Part shown: positions 29,876 to 37,878 of the stretch, one piece after another
Layout: every line of letters begins with the position of its first letter
Numbering within the stretch: the stretch's first letter is position 1
Source: Patescibacteria group bacterium
Lineage (GTDB): Bacteria > Patescibacteriota > Saccharimonadia > Saccharimonadales > 2-12-FULL-41-12
NCBI GenBank assembly: GCA_038064875.1
Contig: JBBTSC010000001.1
Location: 55,369-119,368, forward strand
Length of the DNA stretch: 64,000 nucleotides
Direction of reading: 5' to 3'
Translations under genes and position numbers: made by a program
Notes under the pieces: model-generated
Database searches by the model: none
What the model saw: only the letters and a program-made list of their open reading frames with translations
What the model was told of the DNA's origin: nothing

Positions 29876-30743
29876 AAAGAAAAAAAGAGAGACAAGGAAT
29901 CCGCACCTAGGTGTAAGTGAGAACCAGGTCTATTCTTACCGTTCAGCCCGCAAAGACAACGAGAGGCAATTTGACAGAGATACCCAGCCAAAAAAGGAGT
30001 CCAAATTCTCTCAAAATCCTAATAGTCTCAGGCTAAAAAGAGTATTTCGCGTAGTATCAGCCCTGTTAATCCTAATGTTCATTATATTTCTAGTCTCTTA
30101 CGTTAAGTCTGTAGGCAAGCTGACGATAAGTGAAGGTAGTAATACAGCAAAACAACAGGGATATAAGGAAGTTATAGACGAACAGCTCAAATCTAATCCA
30201 ATAAACAAGAACTTTTGGCTGATTGATCAAAGTACCATAACTGAAAAATTGAAAGATAAATATCCAGAAGTACAGAGTGTATCGTATAGCTACTCCATAT
30301 TTGATCAGGTAATAAACATCAGAGTTATCATTAGTCAACCACTACTGGCTCTATCAAGTAATGGCAATACTTATCAGGTAGATAGTAGGGGGAGGGTAGT
30401 TGAAGAATCATATTCTGGCAATACACTGATAACGCTGATAGACGGAGATAATAGGGAATACAAGAAAGGTGATTTTGCCCTCGTGACTGCGAATTTGAAC
30501 TATATACACAACATTGTGGAGCAATCCAAGGCTAGATCGTTTGCAATAGAGAGAATGTCTATCGAGCATGGTGCTACAGAGCTATACGTTAAATATCTGA
30601 ACGATAAATACTTCGTAAAATATAGTCTACTGAATGATCCACGTCTTAGTTTTGGGACATATGTTGTTGCCAAGGAAAAGGCAGGGCAGACTCCCACAGA
30701 GTATATAGACGTAAGAGTTGTGGACCGCGCATACATAAAATAG
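29868..30743 (+). CDS. ftsQ: FtsQ/DivIB-like cell division protein (POTRA)
   Basis: Cytoplasmic basic N-terminus, one TM helix, POTRA-like region. Position after murG. Confidence 0.55.
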   Translation: MFRKKKRETRNPHLGVSENQVYSYRSARKDNERQFDRDTQPKKESKFSQNPNSLRLKRVFRVVSALLILMFIIFLVSYVKSVGKLTISEGSNTAKQQGYKEVIDEQLKSNPINKNFWLIDQSTITEKLKDKYPEVQSVSYSYSIFDQVINIRVIISQPLLALSSNGNTYQVDSRGRVVEESYSGNTLITLIDGDNREYKKGDFALVTANLNYIHNIVEQSKARSFAIERMSIEHGATELYVKYLNDKYFVKYSLLNDPRLSFGTYVVAKEKAGQTPTEYIDVRVVDRAYIK

Positions 30744-31750
30744 TTTAAGGAGGGGGAGGGTCTTCGTGATCATCCACTTCCTAGATAGTAATAAATAATG
30801 AGCAAGCAGTTATTTATTACTTCGTAATATATTAATTTAGTATCAATGATAGAACCCCTGCTTCTCCCTTCTTATGTTCGTAATTTGTTCGTCATGTATT
30901 TTACTAAAATATATCCGGGGCAAAGTAAGTCGTGACTATTTTACGACCTGGTTTAAAAAAAGCTAAATATTGACGTAGAGCAGGGGAAACAAATATAAAA
31001 ATATAAAGCGAAAGAAAAAGCAAATTTACCTGTGGAAAACTATATAAAAGTATATTTTCATATAAAAAGCAAATAATTGCAAATGCCACTTCCGGGGGAG
31101 CACCGACTGGAAGGACTGTATAGTTCGGCACTAAACACTGGTGGTGCAGTCGGAATTTAGTAGAAAAATATCAGTAAGTCATCAAAACACTCCCCTGCAG
31201 GGAGGTAAGAGTAATCATTCTTACACTATAGTATAAGGTCGCAAAATATACATTGTGCGACATGATGTTTGTATGGCCAAGTGGCATGAACACCCATGTT
31301 CTCCACTGTTATTTATAGTAAAATTAATACAATTCTGCTTCTATAAATTTCACGTGTCACTACCTCTCCCTACTAGACCAAGGCTTAGAGAATAATACTC
31401 AGGCTAAGTGCATAGCCTATTTATATATACCCATAAAAATAATGTTCGTATTTTGTTCAATTTATTTGGCGAGTTTTGCTTACTAGTAGTTTTCTCTGCT
31501 GGCTCTATCACCAAAACGAGTTCTTGGTAATCTTGATAATTCGGGGCTTGTGTCAACTGTCTGAGAAGGCGGTCTTTGTGTTCTTAGTTGTGGCAATAGT
31601 CTAGCGTGATCAATTACAGATTGGCGTTGTCTGTCAGGTTTATCTCCATTTGTTTGGTCTTCAGAAGCTACTTCGTTATCAGTAGTATCTTCAGGTATCT
31701 GTATGTTCTGAGACTCAATTCGTTTCATTTTTTGGGAGGATCTATGTTCC

Positions 31751-32860
31751 CTAGGCTTCTTCGAGAGTGTATGTTGCCTTGGCGACTCTTTTGAACTTTG
31801 GCTTGCTCTGAAGATTTAGTAAAATAGTTGTCTCTTTAACAAATCGGTTCTTTAGGACTTCTTTAACGATTTCATCTCGGTGAAGTGGTTTTTCAGCTTT
31901 CCTCAAAATATCGGTGATAATATCTGATACAGTTCCACGAGAATATCCCCATTCTTTGAGGGCGTATAGTCCTCGACCGATCAAAACAAATCTCTTATCT
32001 TTGATAAGCTCATTGTGGATTGCCTGTGTTGTGACGTCTTTTCTCTTGAATTCTGAGCCTTTGATAGCGTCAGCAATTTCGTTGAAGTGCATGTGCTTTC
32101 CCTGCTCTTTTAGAATAACGTAGATTTTGTCACGAATATTTTTAGGATTAACAGTTGGCCATTTTACAAGTCCCCAGTGCCCATTAAGTGTTGCAAGATG
32201 CTTCGAAGTGCTTGAGAGTGCGGCGGTGTGTTTGTGGTCACTGTGCCCTACTGCCTCGGCAATTTTTTCTACAGGACGAGGTTTGCCAAATTCTTTAATA
32301 GAGGCAATAATTTTCTCGACGTTCTCTTCAACATATTTGGCTGGGCTATTCTTTTTAACAGTTACTGTTTGATGGAAATTATCATTGTCCCCCATCAAGA
32401 TAAGGTCTGGACTCATATCAGCTAAAAATGCTACTCGCGAGACAGTAAGTCGACTTGGTTTTTTCTCACCAGTTAAAGCTGAAGCTAGATCAAGAGTACG
32501 CATTACATATCCACTCTCACTTACCTTTTCAAGTAATGTATCTTGAGCTGTATTGACAGCAGAAATTTCGCCTTTTTGTGCCATTTCTTTAAGTTTGGCC
32601 ACAACAGATTTTTCAAGTTGTCTTACACGCTCACGAGTGATTCCAAGAAGTTCACCAATCTGTTCCAGAGTCTCTTTTCTCTCGAAAAGGCCGTATCGTC
32701 GAGCAATTATTTCACGCTCTCTCTCTTTGTCGATGACGCCCAGTATGGCGTTCATGTGCTTTTCGATGGTTTCTTCTCTCATCTTTATTCCTTCTTTAAC
32801 TGTTTCCCCACCGGAACAATAAACTGATCTTACTATATCACCTATGCATTTATGTGTCAA
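31751..32860 (-). CDS. Sigma-70 region-4 plus HARE-HTH fusion protein (not a complete sigma factor)
   Basis: EREREIIARRYGLFERKETLEQIGELLGITRERVRQLEKSVVAKL is a sigma-70 r4 HTH. C-terminal HFNEIADAIKG...RFVLIGRGLYALKEWGY matches the HARE-HTH or RNAP-delta N-terminal domain pattern. No region 2 present. Likely true start near 32782. Confidence 0.6.
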   Translation of the reverse strand: MTHKCIGDIVRSVYCSGGETVKEGIKMREETIEKHMNAILGVIDKEREREIIARRYGLFERKETLEQIGELLGITRERVRQLEKSVVAKLKEMAQKGEISAVNTAQDTLLEKVSESGYVMRTLDLASALTGEKKPSRLTVSRVAFLADMSPDLILMGDNDNFHQTVTVKKNSPAKYVEENVEKIIASIKEFGKPRPVEKIAEAVGHSDHKHTAALSSTSKHLATLNGHWGLVKWPTVNPKNIRDKIYVILKEQGKHMHFNEIADAIKGSEFKRKDVTTQAIHNELIKDKRFVLIGRGLYALKEWGYSRGTVSDIITDILRKAEKPLHRDEIVKEVLKNRFVKETTILLNLQSKPKFKRVAKATYTLEEA

Positions 32861-32939
32861 ATATTTTTATACTATTTTTCACCGTTTTTGCTATAACATT
32901 ATTTTAACACTATTTTCACTGTTAGCGCTAGTTTATTCT

Positions 32940-35231
32940 CTATTTTTTGAAACGTTTGCGCCGTGGTTTTGGAGTATAGTTCTGCAATATATCAAGAGCC
33001 TTTTGCTCATCAAGTGTCTCTGGGTCTGTGCTTTTAGGGACTGGTGCGTTCTTCTTACCATCTGTTACATACGGTCCATAAGGCCCTTTTAGCACAGAAA
33101 CTCCACCCTTGAACTCTTTGATTATCTTTTTGGAAGCTTCTTTAGCTTTTTCGGCGTTCAATGTAAGCGCTTCTTCTAGGGTTATTGAGAATGGGTCACG
33201 AGGTTTTATTGATATGAACTTCTTCCCTATTTGTATATATGGGCCGAATCTTCCAATATTAGCTTTTACTTCTTCGCCGTCATTTGTTTTGCCCAGGAGA
33301 CGAGGTAATTGGAACATGACTAAGGCTTCGTCTAGGGTTACACTGTCTATTGTCTTGCCTGCTGGCATGGGTGCGAAGTCAGGTTTTATAGATTTATCTT
33401 CGGTATCACCTCGTTGTAACATCGGTCCAAATCTTCCAAATCGAGCGTATATAGGCTTTTTATTTTTCGGATCCATACCTATCAGCTTTGCTTGAGAAGT
33501 TTCTTGCCTAGAAATAGAAGCGCTTGATTCTACAAGTGGGTGAAATTTTTTATAAAAATCGCCTATCATGTCTTGCCATTTTTCTTTTCCTTCAGCTATC
33601 AGGTCAAACTGCTCTTCTGATTTTGCTGTAAAGTTGTAGTCGACAACCATGTCAAAGTGCTTTTCCAGAAAGTCATTGACCATAGTCGCCAGATGCGTTG
33701 GGATCAGCTTATTTTTTTCCTGACCGAGAGTTGCTTCTTCCTTACTCTCTTTGATATTACCTGATGAATCTAGAGCTATGGTTAGTATTTGTTGTTTAGT
33801 GCCTTCAATGTCACCTTTTTCTACGTATCCCCTTGCTTGAATGGTTGATATCGTAGGCGCATACGTACTTGGTCTGCCAATGCCCAGTTCTTCCAGTTTT
33901 TTAACCAGACTTGGTTCTGTGTAACGAGCGGGTGCTTTCGTGTATGACTCTTTGGCTTCTGACAGTACTCTATCTACTTTGTCTCCTTCTTTCATTTCGG
34001 GTAGGATAACATCGTCTTTTCCTCGTCCTGAAATGGCAAGAAAACCGTCAAATTTTAATGTTTCGCCCTCAGCAACGAAAGAGTATTTTGAACCTGATGG
34101 CAAAATAGTTACTTTAGTTCTGTCCAGTGTTGCTTCGCTCATTTGTGAGGCTACAGCTCTCTGCCAAATCAGCTTGTAAAGCTTATTCTGTGATTCGTCC
34201 GAGGCTGGATTTTGATTGTTTATATCTGTTGGACGTATTGCTTCGTGAGCTTCTTGGGCGTTTTGGTTTTTGGTCTTGTATTGTCTAACCTTTATATATT
34301 CTTTCCCAAGATTTTTCTCTATATAGCTTGTTATTTTAGCTATGGCTTCACCAGATAAATTGGTACTGTCGGTACGCATGTAAGTTATGTGTCCGGATTC
34401 GTATAATCTCTGTGCTAGAGTCATTGTCTGCTTCACACTATATCCAAGACGATTTCCGGCTTCTTGTTGCAGGGTACTTGTGGTGAACGGAGCGCTTGGG
34501 TTACGTTTTCCTTCTTTTTTCTCGACTTTTGTCACTCTGCTTTCAGCTGACTTGATTGACTCAAAGAAATCTTTGACTGTCTGCTCGTCTTCAAGCTCTG
34601 TATCTAGTTTTGTCTCGAACTCTTCCCCGCCTTTGGCGAATGTGGAGATGACTTTAAATGATTTGTTTGAACTGTGGTCGTTGACTTCTTTTTCCTTGTC
34701 TACAATGAGTCTGACGGCTACTGACTGAACACGTCCAGCACTGAGTCCGGTTGCCACTTTTCTCCACAACACTGGTGAGAGCTCATAGCCCACGAGCCTA
34801 TCAAGCACTCGCCTTGCTTGCTGAGCGTTCACGAGGTCGATATCGACATTTCGTGGATTAGTGACTGCCTTTTCTATAGCAGGCTTTGTAATTTCGTGGA
34901 ACACGATTCTTTTAGTTGTTTTTGGGTCTAGACCAAGGGCGTGACAGAGGTGCCAAGCTATGGCCTCACCTTCACGGTCTTCATCGCTTGCGAGCCAAAC
35001 GTCGTCGGACTGCTTCGCTATTTTTTTCAGCTCAGTGATAATTTTCTTCTTATCAGGACTTATCTCATAGGTTGGTTCGTAGTTGTTGTCTTTGTCTATT
35101 CCAAGATTTTTTTTGGGCAAGTCGCGGATATGCCCAAAGCTACTCATAACTTTATAGTCTTTGCCTAAGAATTTTTCAATTGTTTTAGCCTTGGCCGGGC
35201 TCTCCACTATTACAAGATTCGACTTATTCAA
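32940..35231 (-). CDS. topA: DNA topoisomerase I
   Basis: LVIVESPAKAKTI (TOPRIM) and the active-site Tyr region. 763 aa. Confidence 0.93.
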   Translation of the reverse strand: MNKSNLVIVESPAKAKTIEKFLGKDYKVMSSFGHIRDLPKKNLGIDKDNNYEPTYEISPDKKKIITELKKIAKQSDDVWLASDEDREGEAIAWHLCHALGLDPKTTKRIVFHEITKPAIEKAVTNPRNVDIDLVNAQQARRVLDRLVGYELSPVLWRKVATGLSAGRVQSVAVRLIVDKEKEVNDHSSNKSFKVISTFAKGGEEFETKLDTELEDEQTVKDFFESIKSAESRVTKVEKKEGKRNPSAPFTTSTLQQEAGNRLGYSVKQTMTLAQRLYESGHITYMRTDSTNLSGEAIAKITSYIEKNLGKEYIKVRQYKTKNQNAQEAHEAIRPTDINNQNPASDESQNKLYKLIWQRAVASQMSEATLDRTKVTILPSGSKYSFVAEGETLKFDGFLAISGRGKDDVILPEMKEGDKVDRVLSEAKESYTKAPARYTEPSLVKKLEELGIGRPSTYAPTISTIQARGYVEKGDIEGTKQQILTIALDSSGNIKESKEEATLGQEKNKLIPTHLATMVNDFLEKHFDMVVDYNFTAKSEEQFDLIAEGKEKWQDMIGDFYKKFHPLVESSASISRQETSQAKLIGMDPKNKKPIYARFGRFGPMLQRGDTEDKSIKPDFAPMPAGKTIDSVTLDEALVMFQLPRLLGKTNDGEEVKANIGRFGPYIQIGKKFISIKPRDPFSITLEEALTLNAEKAKEASKKIIKEFKGGVSVLKGPYGPYVTDGKKNAPVPKSTDPETLDEQKALDILQNYTPKPRRKRFKK

Positions 35232-35411
35232 AGTTATCCCTCGCTATGCCTATTCTCAGTGGCTAAAACTAATTTTTCTTCTCGCAATATAGCTTCAGCT
35301 ATATTTTGTTCAGATAAAATTTGTTTTATTCCCCTGATAATATAACCTATTTGAGTGATAACTTTGAATAAGTCGAATCGATTACTTTTTGTCATTGTGT
35401 TTTGGTAGTAT

Positions 35412-35575
35412 ATAGGACTTTCGTACTTTCTGCCAGTCCACTAGCTACAATAACTTGCCAAAAGCCTGCCACCTGTATTTCGACGAACGCCATAGCTACC
35501 TCTCAAGCCATGTGAGCAGTTTTTGCCTAAGTTCTTGTTAACTATTGAATTTGGCAGAAAGTACGAAAGTCCTAT
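35412..35575. repeat. Perfect 24-bp terminal inverted repeats (ATAGGACTTTCGTACTTTCTGCCA / TGGCAGAAAGTACGAAAGTCCTAT) flanking a 116-bp core; MITE-like or long-hairpin element
   Basis: Seen directly in sequence. Lies in the dprA-topA intergenic region. Flanked by TAT on both sides. Confidence 0.6.
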
Positions 35576-35586
35576 TATGCTGGTTA

Positions 35587-36474
35587 TCAGAGAAGATGCC
35601 AAGTGAAATAGTCGTTACTTCTTACAACACCTTTGATTTCAAGCATTGTTAGAGTTTGTTGTACTTGCTCTGGGCCCAAGGTGCTGTGCTTAATAATTTG
35701 GTTGGTATCTTTGTGATTTTCTTTGATCAGTTGGATTACTTGTTTTTCAAGATCATCTGCTGGTTCGTATTCACTTCTGTCTATATTCTCTGTGGCGTCC
35801 AGCCCCATTATTGATAATATATCACCGACGTTAGTTACTAAATGCGCTCCTGCTTTGATCAAGTTGTTTGTTCCCTGACTCATTGGGCTATCTATTGGTC
35901 CTGGAATAGCCATGACAGGTATGCCAAGCTCTAGGGCGTGGTTGGCAGTTGATAGGCTTCCGCTCCTGATGGCTGCTTCTGTTATGAGTAGTGCATCGGA
36001 GATCCCGGCAATAATTCTGTTGCGGGCTAGGAAGTGGTGTTTCATCGGGCTTGAATTGCCATCGTACTCACTTATAAGGGCACTTTCAGGATTAGAGCTG
36101 ATAATCTGCCTTGCAAGGCTTGTGTGTGATCTGGGATATATACTACTGATTGAGCAAGGTAAAACTGCTATCGTTCTGCCCCCTGCTTCGACTGCCCCTC
36201 TATGACTGAGACTATCAACTCCCAGCGCTAAACCACTAACGATAGTGAGCCCTGCTTTTGCTAGATCGTATGATAATTTTTTTGTGACTGCGGAGCCGTA
36301 GCTACTCACCTTTCTTGAGCCGACAATAGCTATCCTAGGTCCAGAAAATATCTCTCTTGGATCTACTGACAAAGATTTGATATGGATACTTTTAACTGAC
36401 GGGTTTATATGCTCGAGGAGCCCAATACTAGAGACAGATTTTCCGCTAATGGTTATATAGTTATCTTTTTGCAT
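35587..36474 (-). CDS. dprA: DNA processing protein DprA (Smf)
   Basis: GLALGVDSLSHRGAVEAGGRTIAVLPCSI Rossmann-like DprA core. Conserved dprA-topA synteny. Confidence 0.88.
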   Translation of the reverse strand: MQKDNYITISGKSVSSIGLLEHINPSVKSIHIKSLSVDPREIFSGPRIAIVGSRKVSSYGSAVTKKLSYDLAKAGLTIVSGLALGVDSLSHRGAVEAGGRTIAVLPCSISSIYPRSHTSLARQIISSNPESALISEYDGNSSPMKHHFLARNRIIAGISDALLITEAAIRSGSLSTANHALELGIPVMAIPGPIDSPMSQGTNNLIKAGAHLVTNVGDILSIMGLDATENIDRSEYEPADDLEKQVIQLIKENHKDTNQIIKHSTLGPEQVQQTLTMLEIKGVVRSNDYFTWHLL

Positions 36475-36498
36475 AATTTACAAATAAGTATTAAAGTA

Positions 36499-36527
36499 TT
36501 GACATAACGAAACATTTTTGCTAGAAT
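36499..36527 (+). promoter_or_regulatory. Near-consensus sigma-70 promoter TTGACA-17nt-TAGAAT
   Basis: TTGACA at 36499..36504, a 17-nt spacer, TAGAAT at 36522..36527. Confidence 0.55.
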
Positions 36528-36533
36528 AGCAAG

Positions 36534-36849
36534 CAGTAAGGTCCGAGTGGCCTTAAGTACATTTCATACCCCAATGTTAGATTGTTTTAGAGTATTAAAT
36601 TATGTTATTACCCTCTAATATATTTTATCACTTATCCTTCGGGATAATTGGCTCTAAAACAAACTAATCCCTTTAACCGCTATTTAAGTGAGTATGCAGT
36701 ACTCTGCCACGATTGCAGATGCGCGAATATCTATCTGCGAGACTGTATTCGACGCTTCACGGGTGGGTTGAAGGGTGGATTGGGCGCGACTCGTTCGTGC
36801 CCTGAAATAAGTCTTCAGCGGTGCCCACCCCCACTGAAGACTTTTTTTA
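36534..36849 (+). ncRNA. Candidate noncoding/leader RNA (about 315 nt) bounded by a strong promoter and an intrinsic terminator; identity unknown
   Basis: Promoter as above. Internal UUCG tetraloop hairpin (TTATCCTTCGGGATAA). GGGTGGG complementary to CCCACCC in the terminator loop. The terminator is at the 3' end. Confidence 0.35.
36810..36849 (+). terminator. Rho-independent terminator (12-bp stem AGTCTTCAGCGG/CCACTGAAGACT followed by TTTTTTT)
   Basis: Seen directly. One G-A/G-U position in the stem. Confidence 0.7.
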
Positions 36850-36875
36850 TTGTCAAAATATGTTATGGTATTTAT

Positions 36876-37220
36876 ATGAGCCCCCAAGAGTCAACTGGAG
36901 AAATGATCTTTACTGATTTAGAGCAGTTAGTTATTGCTGGACTGCCACCATCCATGCCTATGAGTGAGGCCTGCTCAGCTCTTAAGCTTGTCACAACCTC
37001 TTTCACAGAGCATGCTTTAGCTTGGAAAGAGTCTGCTAGAAGTGGTCGTTCCACAATACGTGAACATAAAGCAGGAGCTAAAGTTGCGCGTCAGACAGCT
37101 AAAGATATTTGTAGGCTTTTGTCTGAAGAAGAGGTCTGCCAAATACTCGATGCTGAAGAGGTTAAGTACTATATGACAGCACCGGGTAGGCCGTACTTAA
37201 TAAGTCCAGCTGACGCTTAG
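36876..37220 (+). CDS. Hypothetical small protein (114 aa) downstream of the terminator
   Basis: The ORF track gives 36648..37220, but its 5' part spans the terminator. The Met at 36876 was chosen. The 3' end overlaps the pth stop by 4 nt. The coding status is uncertain. Confidence 0.3.
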   Translation: MSPQESTGEMIFTDLEQLVIAGLPPSMPMSEACSALKLVTTSFTEHALAWKESARSGRSTIREHKAGAKVARQTAKDICRLLSEEEVCQILDAEEVKYYMTAPGRPYLISPADA

Positions 37221-37858
37221 ATTAAAAAGTTGCGAGTGTCTTGAGGCAGGGAGCCTTCTGAATTTACAAAATCTTTAATAATTTCTGTAGTTGCCAGGGT
37301 AGCTTTGTCTAACTTATCTCGTTGCTCTTTAGAGAATTTTTGTAAAACAAAGTCGGCAGAATCAATTTGCTCAGGACTTTTTGGTCCGATACCAGCACGA
37401 ATTCGACCGAAATCTTCACCAATATGCTGAATAATAGATTTGAGTCCGTTATGCCCTGCACTGCCTCCGCCAGACCGTGTACGTATCAAACCAAAATCAA
37501 TATCTAGTTCGTCATGAATAACCACAATATCTTTATTCTCTAATTTATAGAAAGCTTTGATCTTCTGGACGGCTTCCCCACTGAGATTCATAAATGTTTG
37601 TGGCTTCACTAAAATTACTTTTTTGCCGTCAATGGAGACAGTTGCTATCTGACTTGAGAATTTAACATCGTTCTTCCATTTTGCCCTATGTCCTTTTGCC
37701 AACATATCGACACAGATAAAACCAAAGTTATGTCTGGTTAATTCGTATTTTTTACCGACGTTACCAAGGCCAATAACTAGAATTGTTCTATCGTTGCTAC
37801 TAATTTTATATAGTGAGGATAAAAAATTCGTCTGGGGCATTCTTTGTATTAGGCTCAT
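37217..37858 (-). CDS. pth: Peptidyl-tRNA hydrolase
   Basis: ILVIGLGNVGKKYELTRHNFGF. Confidence 0.88.
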   Translation of the reverse strand: MSLIQRMPQTNFLSSLYKISSNDRTILVIGLGNVGKKYELTRHNFGFICVDMLAKGHRAKWKNDVKFSSQIATVSIDGKKVILVKPQTFMNLSGEAVQKIKAFYKLENKDIVVIHDELDIDFGLIRTRSGGGSAGHNGLKSIIQHIGEDFGRIRAGIGPKSPEQIDSADFVLQKFSKEQRDKLDKATLATTEIIKDFVNSEGSLPQDTRNFLI

Positions 37859-37878
37859 TAGACCTAGTATACCAAACT

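Noticed and set aside
30904-31131. 75-aa minus-strand ORF in the post-ftsQ gap
   Set aside because: No start context and an AT-rich translation of non-coding DNA.
31483-31728. 81-aa highly charged minus-strand ORF downstream of the sigma-r4/HARE-HTH gene
   Set aside because: Low-complexity composition, no motif, and it lies inside the long gene-free region. Probably non-coding.
36760-36800. T-box riboswitch (AGGGTGGATTGGGCGCG resembles the T-box AGGGUGGNACCGCG)
   Set aside because: The match is only partial. The downstream gene is not an aminoacyl-tRNA synthetase or amino-acid gene, and no specifier-loop architecture was identified. Kept only as a generic leader/ncRNA candidate.
36528-36849. 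Identification of the candidate ncRNA as RNase P RNA, tmRNA or SRP RNA
   Set aside because: The conserved P4 (GGAAAGUCCGGGC / ACAGAAnCCGGCUUA) motifs, the tmRNA GGGG...CCACCA ends and the SRP domain IV motifs are absent or only weakly resembled.
36648-36875. N-terminal part of 190-aa ORF (Cys-rich)
   Set aside because: It spans a strong intrinsic terminator and a UUCG hairpin. The region is more consistent with structured RNA than with coding sequence.
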